Positions 1 to 7,763 of a DNA stretch of 64,000 nucleotides are shown piece after piece. The stretch covers positions 480,001-544,000 of the forward strand of contig CAVXTP010000022.1 of the NCBI GenBank assembly GCA_963764715.1, in the 5' to 3' direction. The notes under the pieces were generated by a model. That model saw nothing but the letters and a program-made list of their open reading frames with translations. It had not been told where the DNA came from and did no database searches. A program made the translations under genes and the position numbers. The stretch's first letter is position 1; each line of letters begins with the position of its first letter. The DNA comes from an uncultured Acidobacteriota bacterium. Lineage in GTDB: Bacteria > Acidobacteriota > Thermoanaerobaculia > UBA5066 > Gp7-AA6.

Positions 1-917
1 GGAGTCGAGATGTTGTTGAAGAGCCCGATCGTGTGGTGGTCGACCCGCGCGCCCTGGACGGCGAAGTTGAGATCCGGGTTCTGGAACCCCGGAATCGGCT
101 CGCCCGCATCGACCGGCACCGGTGAGCCCCAGAAGTTGGTATCCCGGAACCAGAGCACGGAGGTCGTCATCTTCGTCTGCCCGAACGTGTTGTCGAACGA
201 GAGCCGGAGCTGCTCGCGCGTGAAGTCCGTGCGCTCCTGCCAGCCTCCGCCCTGGGCGATCGAGCCGTTCAGCCGGATGGCGAAGTCGGGATTCACCTGG
301 GTCCCGACGTTGACGTCGCCCCAGCCCTGGGCGAAGGCGCCGAAGCCCCCGACCGTCGCGCTGCCCCAGGTGGTTCCGCCCGTGTGGGACCGGGTGAAGA
401 TCTGCACCATCCCGGCGAAGGCCGACGTGCCGTACAGCGTGCCCTGGGGACCGCGGACGATCTCGATCCGGTCGATGTCGTCGACCGGAATCATCGCGAG
501 GTTGGGATTGAACGGCCCGCCGACCGGCACGCCGTCGAGGGTGATCATGAGGGCGTCGAACTCCTTGATGCCGTACACCCCGATGTTCGGCAGGCGCGGG
601 CCGTTGTCGGAGCCGTTGCCGGTGTCGATGCCGACGACGTTTTGCAGGGCGTCGGCGAGCGTGCGGGTGCCCCGGCGGCGAAGCTCCTCGCCGCTGACGA
701 CGCTGACCGCGTTCGGGATCTCGAGGACCTCCTCGGAAACCTTGGTGGCCGAAACGACGACGTCCTCCTCGAACGACGGGTTCGTGGCCGACGAGGGCGC
801 CGGAGTCGGCGAAGGCGTGGGCGCCGGGGTCGTGGTCTGCCCGCTCAGGGCGGCGCCCGAGCCGAGCAGGATGGCCGTCAACGCGCCGGCGAGCCGGCGC
901 GCAATTCTCCACTTCAT
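1..917 (-). CDS. TonB-dependent receptor, N-terminal part (runs off the window)
   Basis: Not in the ORF track; read by hand. AAGGAG RBS, then MKWRIARRLAGALTAILLGSG signal peptide, TonB-box-like EEDVVVSATK and plug motif IDRIEIVRGPQGTLYG. Confidence 0.9.
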   Translation of the reverse strand, partial: MKWRIARRLAGALTAILLGSGAALSGQTTTPAPTPSPTPAPSSATNPSFEEDVVVSATKVSEEVLEIPNAVSVVSGEELRRRGTRTLADALQNVVGIDTGNGSDNGPRLPNIGVYGIKEFDALMITLDGVPVGGPFNPNLAMIPVDDIDRIEIVRGPQGTLYGTSAFAGMVQIFTRSHTGGTTWGSATVGGFGAFAQGWGDVNVGTQVNPDFAIRLNGSIAQGGGWQERTDFTREQLRLSFDNTFGQTKMTTSVLWFRDTNFWGSPVPVDAGEPIPGFQNPDLNFAVQGARVDHHTIGLFNNIST

Positions 918-918
918 G

Positions 919-970
919 GACTTCTCCTTCGAATTTGAATTGGGACGAAGCCGCGGGAACGGAGAAGGTC
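919..970 (-). promoter_or_regulatory. RBS-sequestering hairpin between the PLRL ORF stop codon and the TonB receptor start
   Basis: On the mRNA, GACCUUCUCC-G-UUC (970-957, starting at the G of the UAG stop) pairs with GAA-GGAGAAG-UC (930-919), which contains the AAGGAG SD. Confidence 0.6.
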
Positions 971-1641
971 TAAAGGCGGAGAGGAAGAGGCGGCGGGATG
1001 GGGACGGCGGCTTCGCGCCGCGCGGCGGGGGACGGCGCGACGGCGGAGCGAGCACCGATTCTCGACGGCGCCGGCGGGCCGAAGGCGCCGGGGTCGGGCT
1101 CCTCGGCGTCGCCGTGCGCGGCCCGGCGCTCGGACCACGCGGGCTCGCGCCCCAGGCTCTGATCCAGGAAATCTTCGGCGTCGAACTCCGCGAGCGCCTC
1201 GCGAGTCCACCACTCCGCCGCACCGCGCGTCAGTCCGGCGCCGTCGGGGCCCGCGCCGGCGACGATCGCGAACCGCGCGCTCACGAGAACGACGCGCTCC
1301 TCGCCGGGCTCCCCGTCCCGTCCCCTCCGCAGGCCCAGCCGCGCTCGGGTTGTCGCGACGTCCGGGACCCGCCAGGCGTGACCCGAGAGGCACGCAGGCA
1401 TTTCGCCCGTCAGCCGGATGGGAAACGTGCGGCCGTCGTCGAGCGACAGCACGAGCTCGCCCTCGTGCTCGCGGTCCCGGTCGCACGGCGCGGTCCACGA
1501 CGCCTCGACGGTCGTTCCCGCCGAAAACGACGCTGCCGCGCCGGGGAACCGGAAGCCTTCGGCGGCCGCGGCGAGCGCGCACGCCAGGAGGCCGAGGACG
1601 CCGACGGCGAGCGTCCGGGGTCGGAGCATTGACCGGGACAT
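970..1641 (-). CDS. Secreted Ig-like-domain protein ending in PLRL (paralog 1)
   Basis: Signal peptide; motifs LSLDDGRTFPIR, WRVP and EWW shared with 1868-2557; TAGAAT 8 nt before ATG 1641. Confidence 0.75.
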   Translation of the reverse strand: MSRSMLRPRTLAVGVLGLLACALAAAAEGFRFPGAAASFSAGTTVEASWTAPCDRDREHEGELVLSLDDGRTFPIRLTGEMPACLSGHAWRVPDVATTRARLGLRRGRDGEPGEERVVLVSARFAIVAGAGPDGAGLTRGAAEWWTREALAEFDAEDFLDQSLGREPAWSERRAAHGDAEEPDPGAFGPPAPSRIGARSAVAPSPAARREAAVPIPPPLPLRL

Positions 1642-1695
1642 TTCGGGAGATTCTAAGGGAGCCCCGGCGCAAACGGCACGACGATTCGCTGGCCG

Positions 1696-1738
1696 AAGAA
1701 AAAGGCGGCCCGTGCGGACGGAGGGCCGCACGAGCCGC
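1696..1738 (-). terminator. Intrinsic terminator downstream of PLRL paralog 2
   Basis: Minus strand GCGGCTCGTGCGG-loop-CCGCACGGGCCGC followed by CTTTTTCTT. Confidence 0.7.
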
Positions 1739-1867
1739 ATGAAAGACCGGGATGAGCTCGGCGAAAAGGACGTGAGATCAGCCCGGGAAAACGTTCGCGG
1801 TGCGGCGCCTCACGAGGCGCGCGCCGCGCTCGCCATCCCGGACCGAAGCTCCCGACCGAAGAGGGGT

Positions 1868-2557
1868 CTAGAGCCGCAGCGGAGCGGCGGCGACGGGGCG
1901 GAAGGAGAGAACGGACCCGCCGCGAGGAGCGGAGCCGGCGGAATGCGCGATGCCGACGACCGCTCGGCCGATCTCCCGCCCGGTGGCCGGCGACGGGGCG
2001 CCGGCGATCTCGGTCGCGACGAAGGGGACGAGGATGCGTCCGGCCGCGGAGGACATCGCGCCGCCGAACAGGTCCTCCGCCGTCAGCACGGTCGCTTCGG
2101 GGGGCGTCCACCATTCGGCGGTCCGCCGGTAGAGCTCCTGGACCCGGCCGTCGACGTCCGACAGGATCCGGAAGTCGCCGCTGACGGCCCGGAGGCGTTC
2201 GGTCCTCCCCAGACCCTCGGATCCCGTGCGGAGCGCGAGGCGAGCTCGGCCCGTCGCCAGCGCGGGCACACGCCAGAGGTAGCTGGTCGCGCACGGGTGG
2301 AGCTCGTTGGACACGCGGATCGGGAACGTGAGACCGCCGTCGAGCGAGAGGACGACCTCGGCTTCGTCGGCGCTATCGCCGGTCGCGCTCGCGCTCGCGC
2401 AGGCCGACGCCCAGCGCACCTCGACGATCGATCCCGGAGCGAGGGATTCGCCGCGGCCCGGCGAGAGAAACGGCGACGACACCTCGCCACGCGCCGCCAA
2501 CGCGGCCGCGAGCGAGACGAGGACCGCGAGCCCCGTCCTCCATCGCCCCGATGACAT
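1868..2557 (-). CDS. Secreted Ig-like-domain protein ending in PLRL (paralog 2)
   Basis: Signal peptide; motifs LSPGRGESL..VRW, LSLDGGLTFPIR, SYLWRVP, EWW; TATAGT 7 nt before ATG 2557. Confidence 0.75.
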   Translation of the reverse strand: MSSGRWRTGLAVLVSLAAALAARGEVSSPFLSPGRGESLAPGSIVEVRWASACASASATGDSADEAEVVLSLDGGLTFPIRVSNELHPCATSYLWRVPALATGRARLALRTGSEGLGRTERLRAVSGDFRILSDVDGRVQELYRRTAEWWTPPEATVLTAEDLFGGAMSSAAGRILVPFVATEIAGAPSPATGREIGRAVVGIAHSAGSAPRGGSVLSFRPVAAAPLRL

Positions 2558-2600
2558 TGCGCGGACTATAACCCGCAGGGGACTGTTCCGGCCAACGCGA

Positions 2601-2990
2601 TCAGTGAGGAGCGGGCGTGGGGCCGGGAGCCGCATACCCTTCGCGGCGCGTGCCGTCCGGGTTCAGAGGCGCCGGGCCGCAGATGTAGGCCTCCCCCAGG
2701 CGGCCGTCGCCACGCACCAGCACCGTGTCGGCGCCCGCGAGCACGGCCTGCGTCCGGAAGTAGTCGGGCACCTGGGAGGGAGCCGGGACCAGGACCGGGT
2801 CGTACTGCGGCTCGATGTTCTTGACGAATTTGCAGGTTCCCTGGACCTTCTCCGCGTCCTCGGTGAGGCGGACGGCGTACTTGCCCTTCGTCGTCGCCTC
2901 CTCCTTGGCCTTGTCGGCTTCCTTCATGCTCGTGCAGGCGGCCATCACGAGGATCGCCGCCAGGCCGGCCGCCGCCGTTCTCATCTTCAT
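2601..2990 (-). CDS. Small lipoprotein (possibly DUF4156-like)
   Basis: MKMRTAAAGLAAILVMAAC lipobox; CKFV...GADTV...AYIC pattern. Confidence 0.65.
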   Translation of the reverse strand: MKMRTAAAGLAAILVMAACTSMKEADKAKEEATTKGKYAVRLTEDAEKVQGTCKFVKNIEPQYDPVLVPAPSQVPDYFRTQAVLAGADTVLVRGDGRLGEAYICGPAPLNPDGTRREGYAAPGPTPAPH

Positions 2991-3327
2991 GACGTCAGTA
3001 TCGCACCGATCGCCACCTCGTAATTCCCCCAGTCGATCGCGGGACCCGCGACGGGTACATTCCGCCGGTCCGGCCGGGCCGGTCCGAGTGGTCGGCCCCC
3101 GGACGTCCGTAGAGTTTTTGCTCTCGCGAGCATCGGGCGCGGCGACAGCCGCGCCCACCTTTTTCCGATCAACTCGAGACCTGGGGCCTCGGCAATTCGA
3201 GAGAAATGTGATTCGGCGGTCACTGGTCGGTCCCCGGGGGATTTCTTCGCTGTCCATGGGGCGGACACAATCCGTCGGGATTGCGTGCCGGCGAAATGTG
3301 CGTCCCCATCCGGCTGTTGAAGGCGGC

Positions 3328-3864
3328 ATGCCCATCACGGACGGAGGCCCGCTTTCCGGGCGGACGTGCCCGGCGTTTCGTTTACTGACCCTCCTTTCCG
3401 CCGGCTTCGCGCTGGCGGCAACCGCCGCCCCCGTACCGGCCGAAAAACCCGACGTCCGGGCACGGATCGTCGCCGTCCCCAGCCAGCCCGCCGGCGATCG
3501 GACCGTCGTCACCGTGGAGCTCTCGATCGGCCCGGGGTGGCACGTCAACAGCCACACTCCTCTGGACGCCTTTCTCATCCCGACCGACCTTTCGCTCGCG
3601 GCGTCGGCCGGCACCCTCTCGCCTGTTCGTTACCCCGAACCCCGGGAACGGAATTTCTCCTTTTCCGAGAAGCCGCTCAGCGTGTACGAGGGAACCGTGA
3701 GTCTCGAAATGGACCTCCAGCTTCCGACGGCGAGCGGAAAGGTCCATCTCTCGGGGAACCTCACGTATCAGGCCTGCAACGATCGGCAATGCTTCGCCCC
3801 GGCGACTCTCTCGCTCGAATCGAACATCACGACCACGGACGCCCCGCCGTCCTCCGGCCCGTGA
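3328..3864 (+). CDS. Stand-alone DsbD N-terminal domain protein
   Basis: Signal peptide; GWHVNS, VRYP, VYEG and YQACNDRQCFAP motifs of nDsbD. Confidence 0.85.
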   Translation: MPITDGGPLSGRTCPAFRLLTLLSAGFALAATAAPVPAEKPDVRARIVAVPSQPAGDRTVVTVELSIGPGWHVNSHTPLDAFLIPTDLSLAASAGTLSPVRYPEPRERNFSFSEKPLSVYEGTVSLEMDLQLPTASGKVHLSGNLTYQACNDRQCFAPATLSLESNITTTDAPPSSGP

Positions 3865-4068
3865 GACCGAAGCTCCTTTCGCTTGTCGTCGCGAAGACGC
3901 CCGCGCGTTCCCTCCATGGGACACGCCGCCCCCGCCGGAGGTCACCCTGGTCGATCCCCGGAGCGCCGATGGTTCGGCTACAGGTCTCGCGAATGGGCGG
4001 TTTGCAATGATTTCACCGATGGTCGAAAGTGGCCCTGCGATTGCAGGAGCTCGATCTCTCGAAAACTG

Positions 4069-4803
4069 ATGCAGCCAGGGCGAGGGTCCGGCAAGGGGTT
4101 CCGACGGGGCATGGCACTTGGCGGCCTGCTGTCGCTCCTTCTTGGGATCCTCGGACCGGGCGCAGCGCTCGCCGCCGACCCCGCCGGAAGTGTCGATTTG
4201 CATCGGCTCGACGGCAACCCCCTCGCCCTCGACGCTCTCAGGGGCAGGGTGGTCATTCTCGATTTCTGGGCCTCCTGGTGCGTACCGTGCCGGACGAGCT
4301 TTCCGTTCTTCGACGCTCTCCAGCGAAAGTACGCGTCCCAGGGGCTGACCGTCATCGGACTGACGCTCGAGACCAGCGAGCACACGATCAAAGCCTTCCT
4401 CGATACCGTGCCCGTCGACTTCACCATCGCCCGCGATCCGACGGGACGGGCCGGCGTGGCGTTCGACGTCGTCGCCATGCCCACGACGTTGCTCCTCGAC
4501 CGGGAGGGCCGGGTGGCCGCTCGCTTCGAAGGAGGCGACAAGGAGACTCACGCGAAGCTCGAGGCGGCGGTCGCGCTCCTCCTCGCCGGCGATGCCCTGC
4601 CGAAGGGAACGGGAGTGCGCGTCTCGGGGGATCTCGAAGCGACGGGCACGATCAAGGCGTGGCAACGCGGATACCTCGCCGACCCGATCATGAGCCTCGA
4701 CGGCGACCCGGCGAGTCGCATCTTCAAAGAACACATCCACGCGAGCAAGGAGGCGGCCGCCGGCGACGGCGGCGCGGCGGGGGGCGGCTGTGGCTGCAAC
4801 TAA
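4069..4803 (+). CDS. TlpA/ResA-like thioredoxin fused to DUF4266
   Basis: DFWASWCVPC thioredoxin motif; C-terminal KAWQRGYLADPIM...GGGCGCN DUF4266 signature. Start is 4069 or 4111. Confidence 0.85.
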   Translation: MQPGRGSGKGFRRGMALGGLLSLLLGILGPGAALAADPAGSVDLHRLDGNPLALDALRGRVVILDFWASWCVPCRTSFPFFDALQRKYASQGLTVIGLTLETSEHTIKAFLDTVPVDFTIARDPTGRAGVAFDVVAMPTTLLLDREGRVAARFEGGDKETHAKLEAAVALLLAGDALPKGTGVRVSGDLEATGTIKAWQRGYLADPIMSLDGDPASRIFKEHIHASKEAAAGDGGAAGGGCGCN

Positions 4804-6010
4804 CCCTGTTCCGAACCCCGTGGCGCGACACGGTCGGCGCTCGTTCGGTGACGTTCCATGGATCGCCGCCGGGCTGGGAGCCCTCGCCGCGCGGCACGCG
4901 CAGGCACAGTCCTCGGTCGATGCGCAATTTCTGTTCTACAAGGAGTCCGGGGGACGAACCCAGGTCCTCAACCCCCTGATTCTCTGGAACCAGGACTTTG
5001 GAAAGACCGGCGGCGAGCTCGGTCTGACGCTCGGCTACGACTCGATTTCCGGAGCCTCGCCCACGGGGGGCTACCCCACGTCGGACGTGACCACGTCGGC
5101 ATCCGGCACGGTGACCCAAAGCGGGAACATTCCCCAGGCCGAGTACCAGGACACGCGCAAGTCCGTGGGACTCACCTACGGGCGTCGGTTCGGGGCCAAC
5201 CTTCCGAACGTCAATCTCGCCTACGCCCAGGAGAACGACTACACCGCGCGTGGCATCGGGCTCTCCGATTCGTGGACGCTGGTGGGAGGCCGGGCCACCC
5301 TCCACTTCGGGGCCGCCCTCTCGCGCGACACCGTCTCGCCTGTGTCTGGCCCGGAGGTCGGGCAGCACCTGCCCAAGAACACGAACGGGTTTTCCATCGG
5401 TTGGAGCTGGATCTTCGGCGAGAAGGACCTCGCGGACATCTCGGTCTCCCTGATGAATCTGTCGGGCTATCTCAACGACCCGTACAAGATCGTTCCGATC
5501 GGAGGGAGCGATTCCACGGAAACCGTTCCGGACTCGCGGCCGAGCACGCGCTCGCGCCGCGCGGTGGTCGCCAAGTACAGTCACTCTTTCGGAGGGGATG
5601 CATCGGTCAACTTCTTGTACCGCTACTACGGGGACGACTGGTCCGTTCACGCCAATACGCTCGACGTGACTTACAACCAGAAGCTCGGTGCCGACTGGAT
5701 CGTCTCCCCCGAGATCCGCCTCTACACGCAAACCGGCGCTTACTTCTTCGGTAACCGCTTCCTGGTCGTTCAGCCCTACATGTCGGCCGACTACAGGCTG
5801 TCGCCGTTTGGGAGCTTCCTCGGCGGCCTGACCCTCACTCGTCGCCTCCAGGACTCCCTCAGCGCGAACGTGGGGGCGACTTTTCTTTCCCAGCACGGGC
5901 GCGATCGCATCATCCTTCCGCCCACCGGCGAGACTCGCGGCGTGACTTCAGTGTCGGCGGCCGACATGAGCGTCAGCACCGTCACGTTCGGTCTCGTCTG
6001 GAGCTACTGA
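4790..6010 (+). CDS. DUF3570 outer-membrane beta-barrel-like protein, probable flavinylation substrate
   Basis: Start overlaps the GCGCN end; DSISGAS and DVTTSAS motifs; SADYRLS; aromatic C-terminus; lies between DUF4266 and apbE. Confidence 0.8.
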   Translation: MAATNPVPNPVARHGRRSFGDVPWIAAGLGALAARHAQAQSSVDAQFLFYKESGGRTQVLNPLILWNQDFGKTGGELGLTLGYDSISGASPTGGYPTSDVTTSASGTVTQSGNIPQAEYQDTRKSVGLTYGRRFGANLPNVNLAYAQENDYTARGIGLSDSWTLVGGRATLHFGAALSRDTVSPVSGPEVGQHLPKNTNGFSIGWSWIFGEKDLADISVSLMNLSGYLNDPYKIVPIGGSDSTETVPDSRPSTRSRRAVVAKYSHSFGGDASVNFLYRYYGDDWSVHANTLDVTYNQKLGADWIVSPEIRLYTQTGAYFFGNRFLVVQPYMSADYRLSPFGSFLGGLTLTRRLQDSLSANVGATFLSQHGRDRIILPPTGETRGVTSVSAADMSVSTVTFGLVWSY

Positions 6011-6054
6011 CGGAGCCCGCCGGACGCGTCCTGTATACGCGCCGCTTCCCCCTC

Positions 6055-6981
6055 ATGGGAGGAAGCGCGGTCGTCGAATTCGTGGACGACAGGGGCAGGG
6101 ACAGGGCCGAAGCCCTGGCCCGCGCGGTCGAAGCCGAGGCACGCCGCATCGAGAGGAAGTTCTCCCGCTACCTCGAATCGAGCGTGGTCTCGGAAATCAA
6201 CCGGAGCGCGGGTCGCACGCCCGTCGCGGTCGATCAGGAAACCGAGATGCTCGTTCTCGCCGCTCTCGACATGACGCGCATGACCGGCGGGCGCTTCGAC
6301 CCGACGGTGGGGGTGCTCCGACGCGTCTGGGACTTCAAGAGCCATCGCGTGCCGACCCCGGACGAGGTGGCCGCCGTCCTCCTCCTGGTGGACGCCGGCG
6401 CGGTGGCGGTGCGCGACCGCACCGTGTTCCTGCGAAAGCCGGGTATGGAAATCGACCTCGGCGGAGTGGGGAAAGAGTACGCCGTCGACCGGGCGGCACG
6501 GATTCTCGAGCGCGAAGGCATCCGCTCCGCCATCGTGAACTTCGCGGGCGATGTCCGTACGATTGGAAGCCGCGGGGACGGGCAACCCTGGAAGGTGGGC
6601 GTGGCGGATCCTCGCGAAAGAGGTCGCTGCCGCTTCGCGGTTCGGACTCTCGCGGGCGCCGGCATCGCCACGTCGGGTGACTACGAGCGCGGATTCGTCC
6701 AGGACGGCGTTCGCTATCACCACATTCTGGACGCGCGGACCGGCTGGCCGGCCCGGGGCCTGGCGTCGGTTACCGCAATCGCTGCCTCGGCCTTTCGCGC
6801 GGGCCGCTTTGCGACCGTGGCCTTTCTGCTGGGAGCGGAGGCGGGTCTCGCCCTCCTCGAAGACACCCCCGGGATCGAGGGCACCCTGATCACGGACGCA
6901 GGCGCCATCCTGGCCACGGCCGGGATGAAGATTCTCTCGGACCTGCCCGGCAGCCTCTGGGCGGCGCTGCAGCTGTTCTGA
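6055..6981 (+). CDS. apbE: FAD:protein FMN transferase
   Basis: FDPTVG, IDLGGVGKEYAVD, ATSGDYER and YHHILDARTGWP motifs. Frame is open back to CTG at 6007; no signal peptide seen. Confidence 0.92.
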   Translation: MGGSAVVEFVDDRGRDRAEALARAVEAEARRIERKFSRYLESSVVSEINRSAGRTPVAVDQETEMLVLAALDMTRMTGGRFDPTVGVLRRVWDFKSHRVPTPDEVAAVLLLVDAGAVAVRDRTVFLRKPGMEIDLGGVGKEYAVDRAARILEREGIRSAIVNFAGDVRTIGSRGDGQPWKVGVADPRERGRCRFAVRTLAGAGIATSGDYERGFVQDGVRYHHILDARTGWPARGLASVTAIAASAFRAGRFATVAFLLGAEAGLALLEDTPGIEGTLITDAGAILATAGMKILSDLPGSLWAALQLF

Positions 6982-7044
6982 AGCGACACGCGAGCTTGAC
7001 GGGGAGTGGTGGCCCCAACGGGAATCGAACCCGTGCTCCGGCCT
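6982..7044 (-). repeat. Tandem copy of the tRNA-Glu 3' half plus trailer (period 126 bp)
   Basis: 7004-7044 is identical to 7130-7170; trailer 6982-7006 matches 7108-7132 at 20 of 25 positions. Confidence 0.9.
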
Positions 7045-7132
7045 CCGGGGGCTCGGGGGCCGCAAGGCCCCCGCTCAAGGAGCCGGCCGTGTCCGACACG
7101 GCGGACCAGCGAGACGTGAGGGTGACGGAGAG

Positions 7133-7207
7133 TGGTGGCCCCAACGGGAATCGAACCCGTGCTCCGGCCTTGAAAGAGCCGTGTCCTAACCGTTAGACGA
7201 TGGGGCC
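7133..7207 (-). tRNA. tRNA-Glu(TTC)
   Basis: GGCCCCATCGTCTAACGGTTAGGACACGGCTCTTTCAAGGCCGGAGCACGGGTTCGATTCCCGTTGGGGCCACCA folds as a cloverleaf with encoded CCA. Confidence 0.97.
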
Positions 7208-7241
7208 GTCCGGGGTCGAAAAATAGCACGCCGGCCTGCAC

Positions 7242-7274
7242 AAAAACAGAACGGGCGGGGTCGACCCCCGCCCG
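7242..7274 (-). terminator. Intrinsic terminator
   Basis: Minus strand CGGGCGGGGG-TCGA-CCCCGCCCG followed by TTCTGTTTTT, downstream of 7300-7596. Confidence 0.75.
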
Positions 7275-7299
7275 ATCGAAACACCGCGTGATTCCGACG

Positions 7300-7596
7300 T
7301 TACTTCTTGGGCTGCATCGCTCCGACGTGCACCGAGCTGGCCCAGGTCTTGCCGTCCTTGTCGGCGGCCTTGACGTGAACCATCTCCCCTTCCTTCGGCG
7401 TGCCCTGGACCTTCGTCGTGTCGTTCCAGTAGATCGTCGTTTCCTTGCCGTCGGCGGTCTTGACGACCATCGACTTGCCCGCCATGTCGACCTTCGAGAT
7501 CGTGCCCGAGATCGACTTGCCGTCCATGTGCTGGCCGGCGAGACCGACGACCGCGCAGAACACCGCAACCACCGCAAGAGCCAGAACCTTTTTCAT
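7300..7596 (-). CDS. Small secreted OB-fold-like protein (DUF5666/CusF-like)
   Basis: GGAGG RBS, signal peptide, and beta-rich GTISKVD...VKTADGKETTI...PKEGEMVHV. Confidence 0.75.
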   Translation of the reverse strand: MKKVLALAVVAVFCAVVGLAGQHMDGKSISGTISKVDMAGKSMVVKTADGKETTIYWNDTTKVQGTPKEGEMVHVKAADKDGKTWASSVHVGAMQPKK

Positions 7597-7763
7597 TTGA
7601 TCCTCCGAATGCGCCGGCGCTCTATTGCGCCGTACGACCGAGGGTCACGTTAGCGGCGCGAGCGTGAACGAAGGATGAACGCCGCAAGTCGTTCGCCCGC
7701 AAAGGCGTTTGACTTGCCCGACCCCCAAAAACATAATCCGCCCCGCCCCGGAAGGGCACAACC

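Noticed and set aside
3204-3224. TGTGA...TCAC as a CRP site
   Set aside because: The spacer is 8 nt, not 6, and there is no supporting second site.
6982-7170. Direct repeat as CRISPR array or intact integrative element
   Set aside because: Only two copies, tRNA-derived, with no cas or integrase gene and only about 60 bp between them.
7600-7763. c-di-AMP (ydaO) riboswitch upstream of the KimA-like transporter
   Set aside because: No recognisable conserved ydaO elements by eye and little room; an Rfam scan would settle it.
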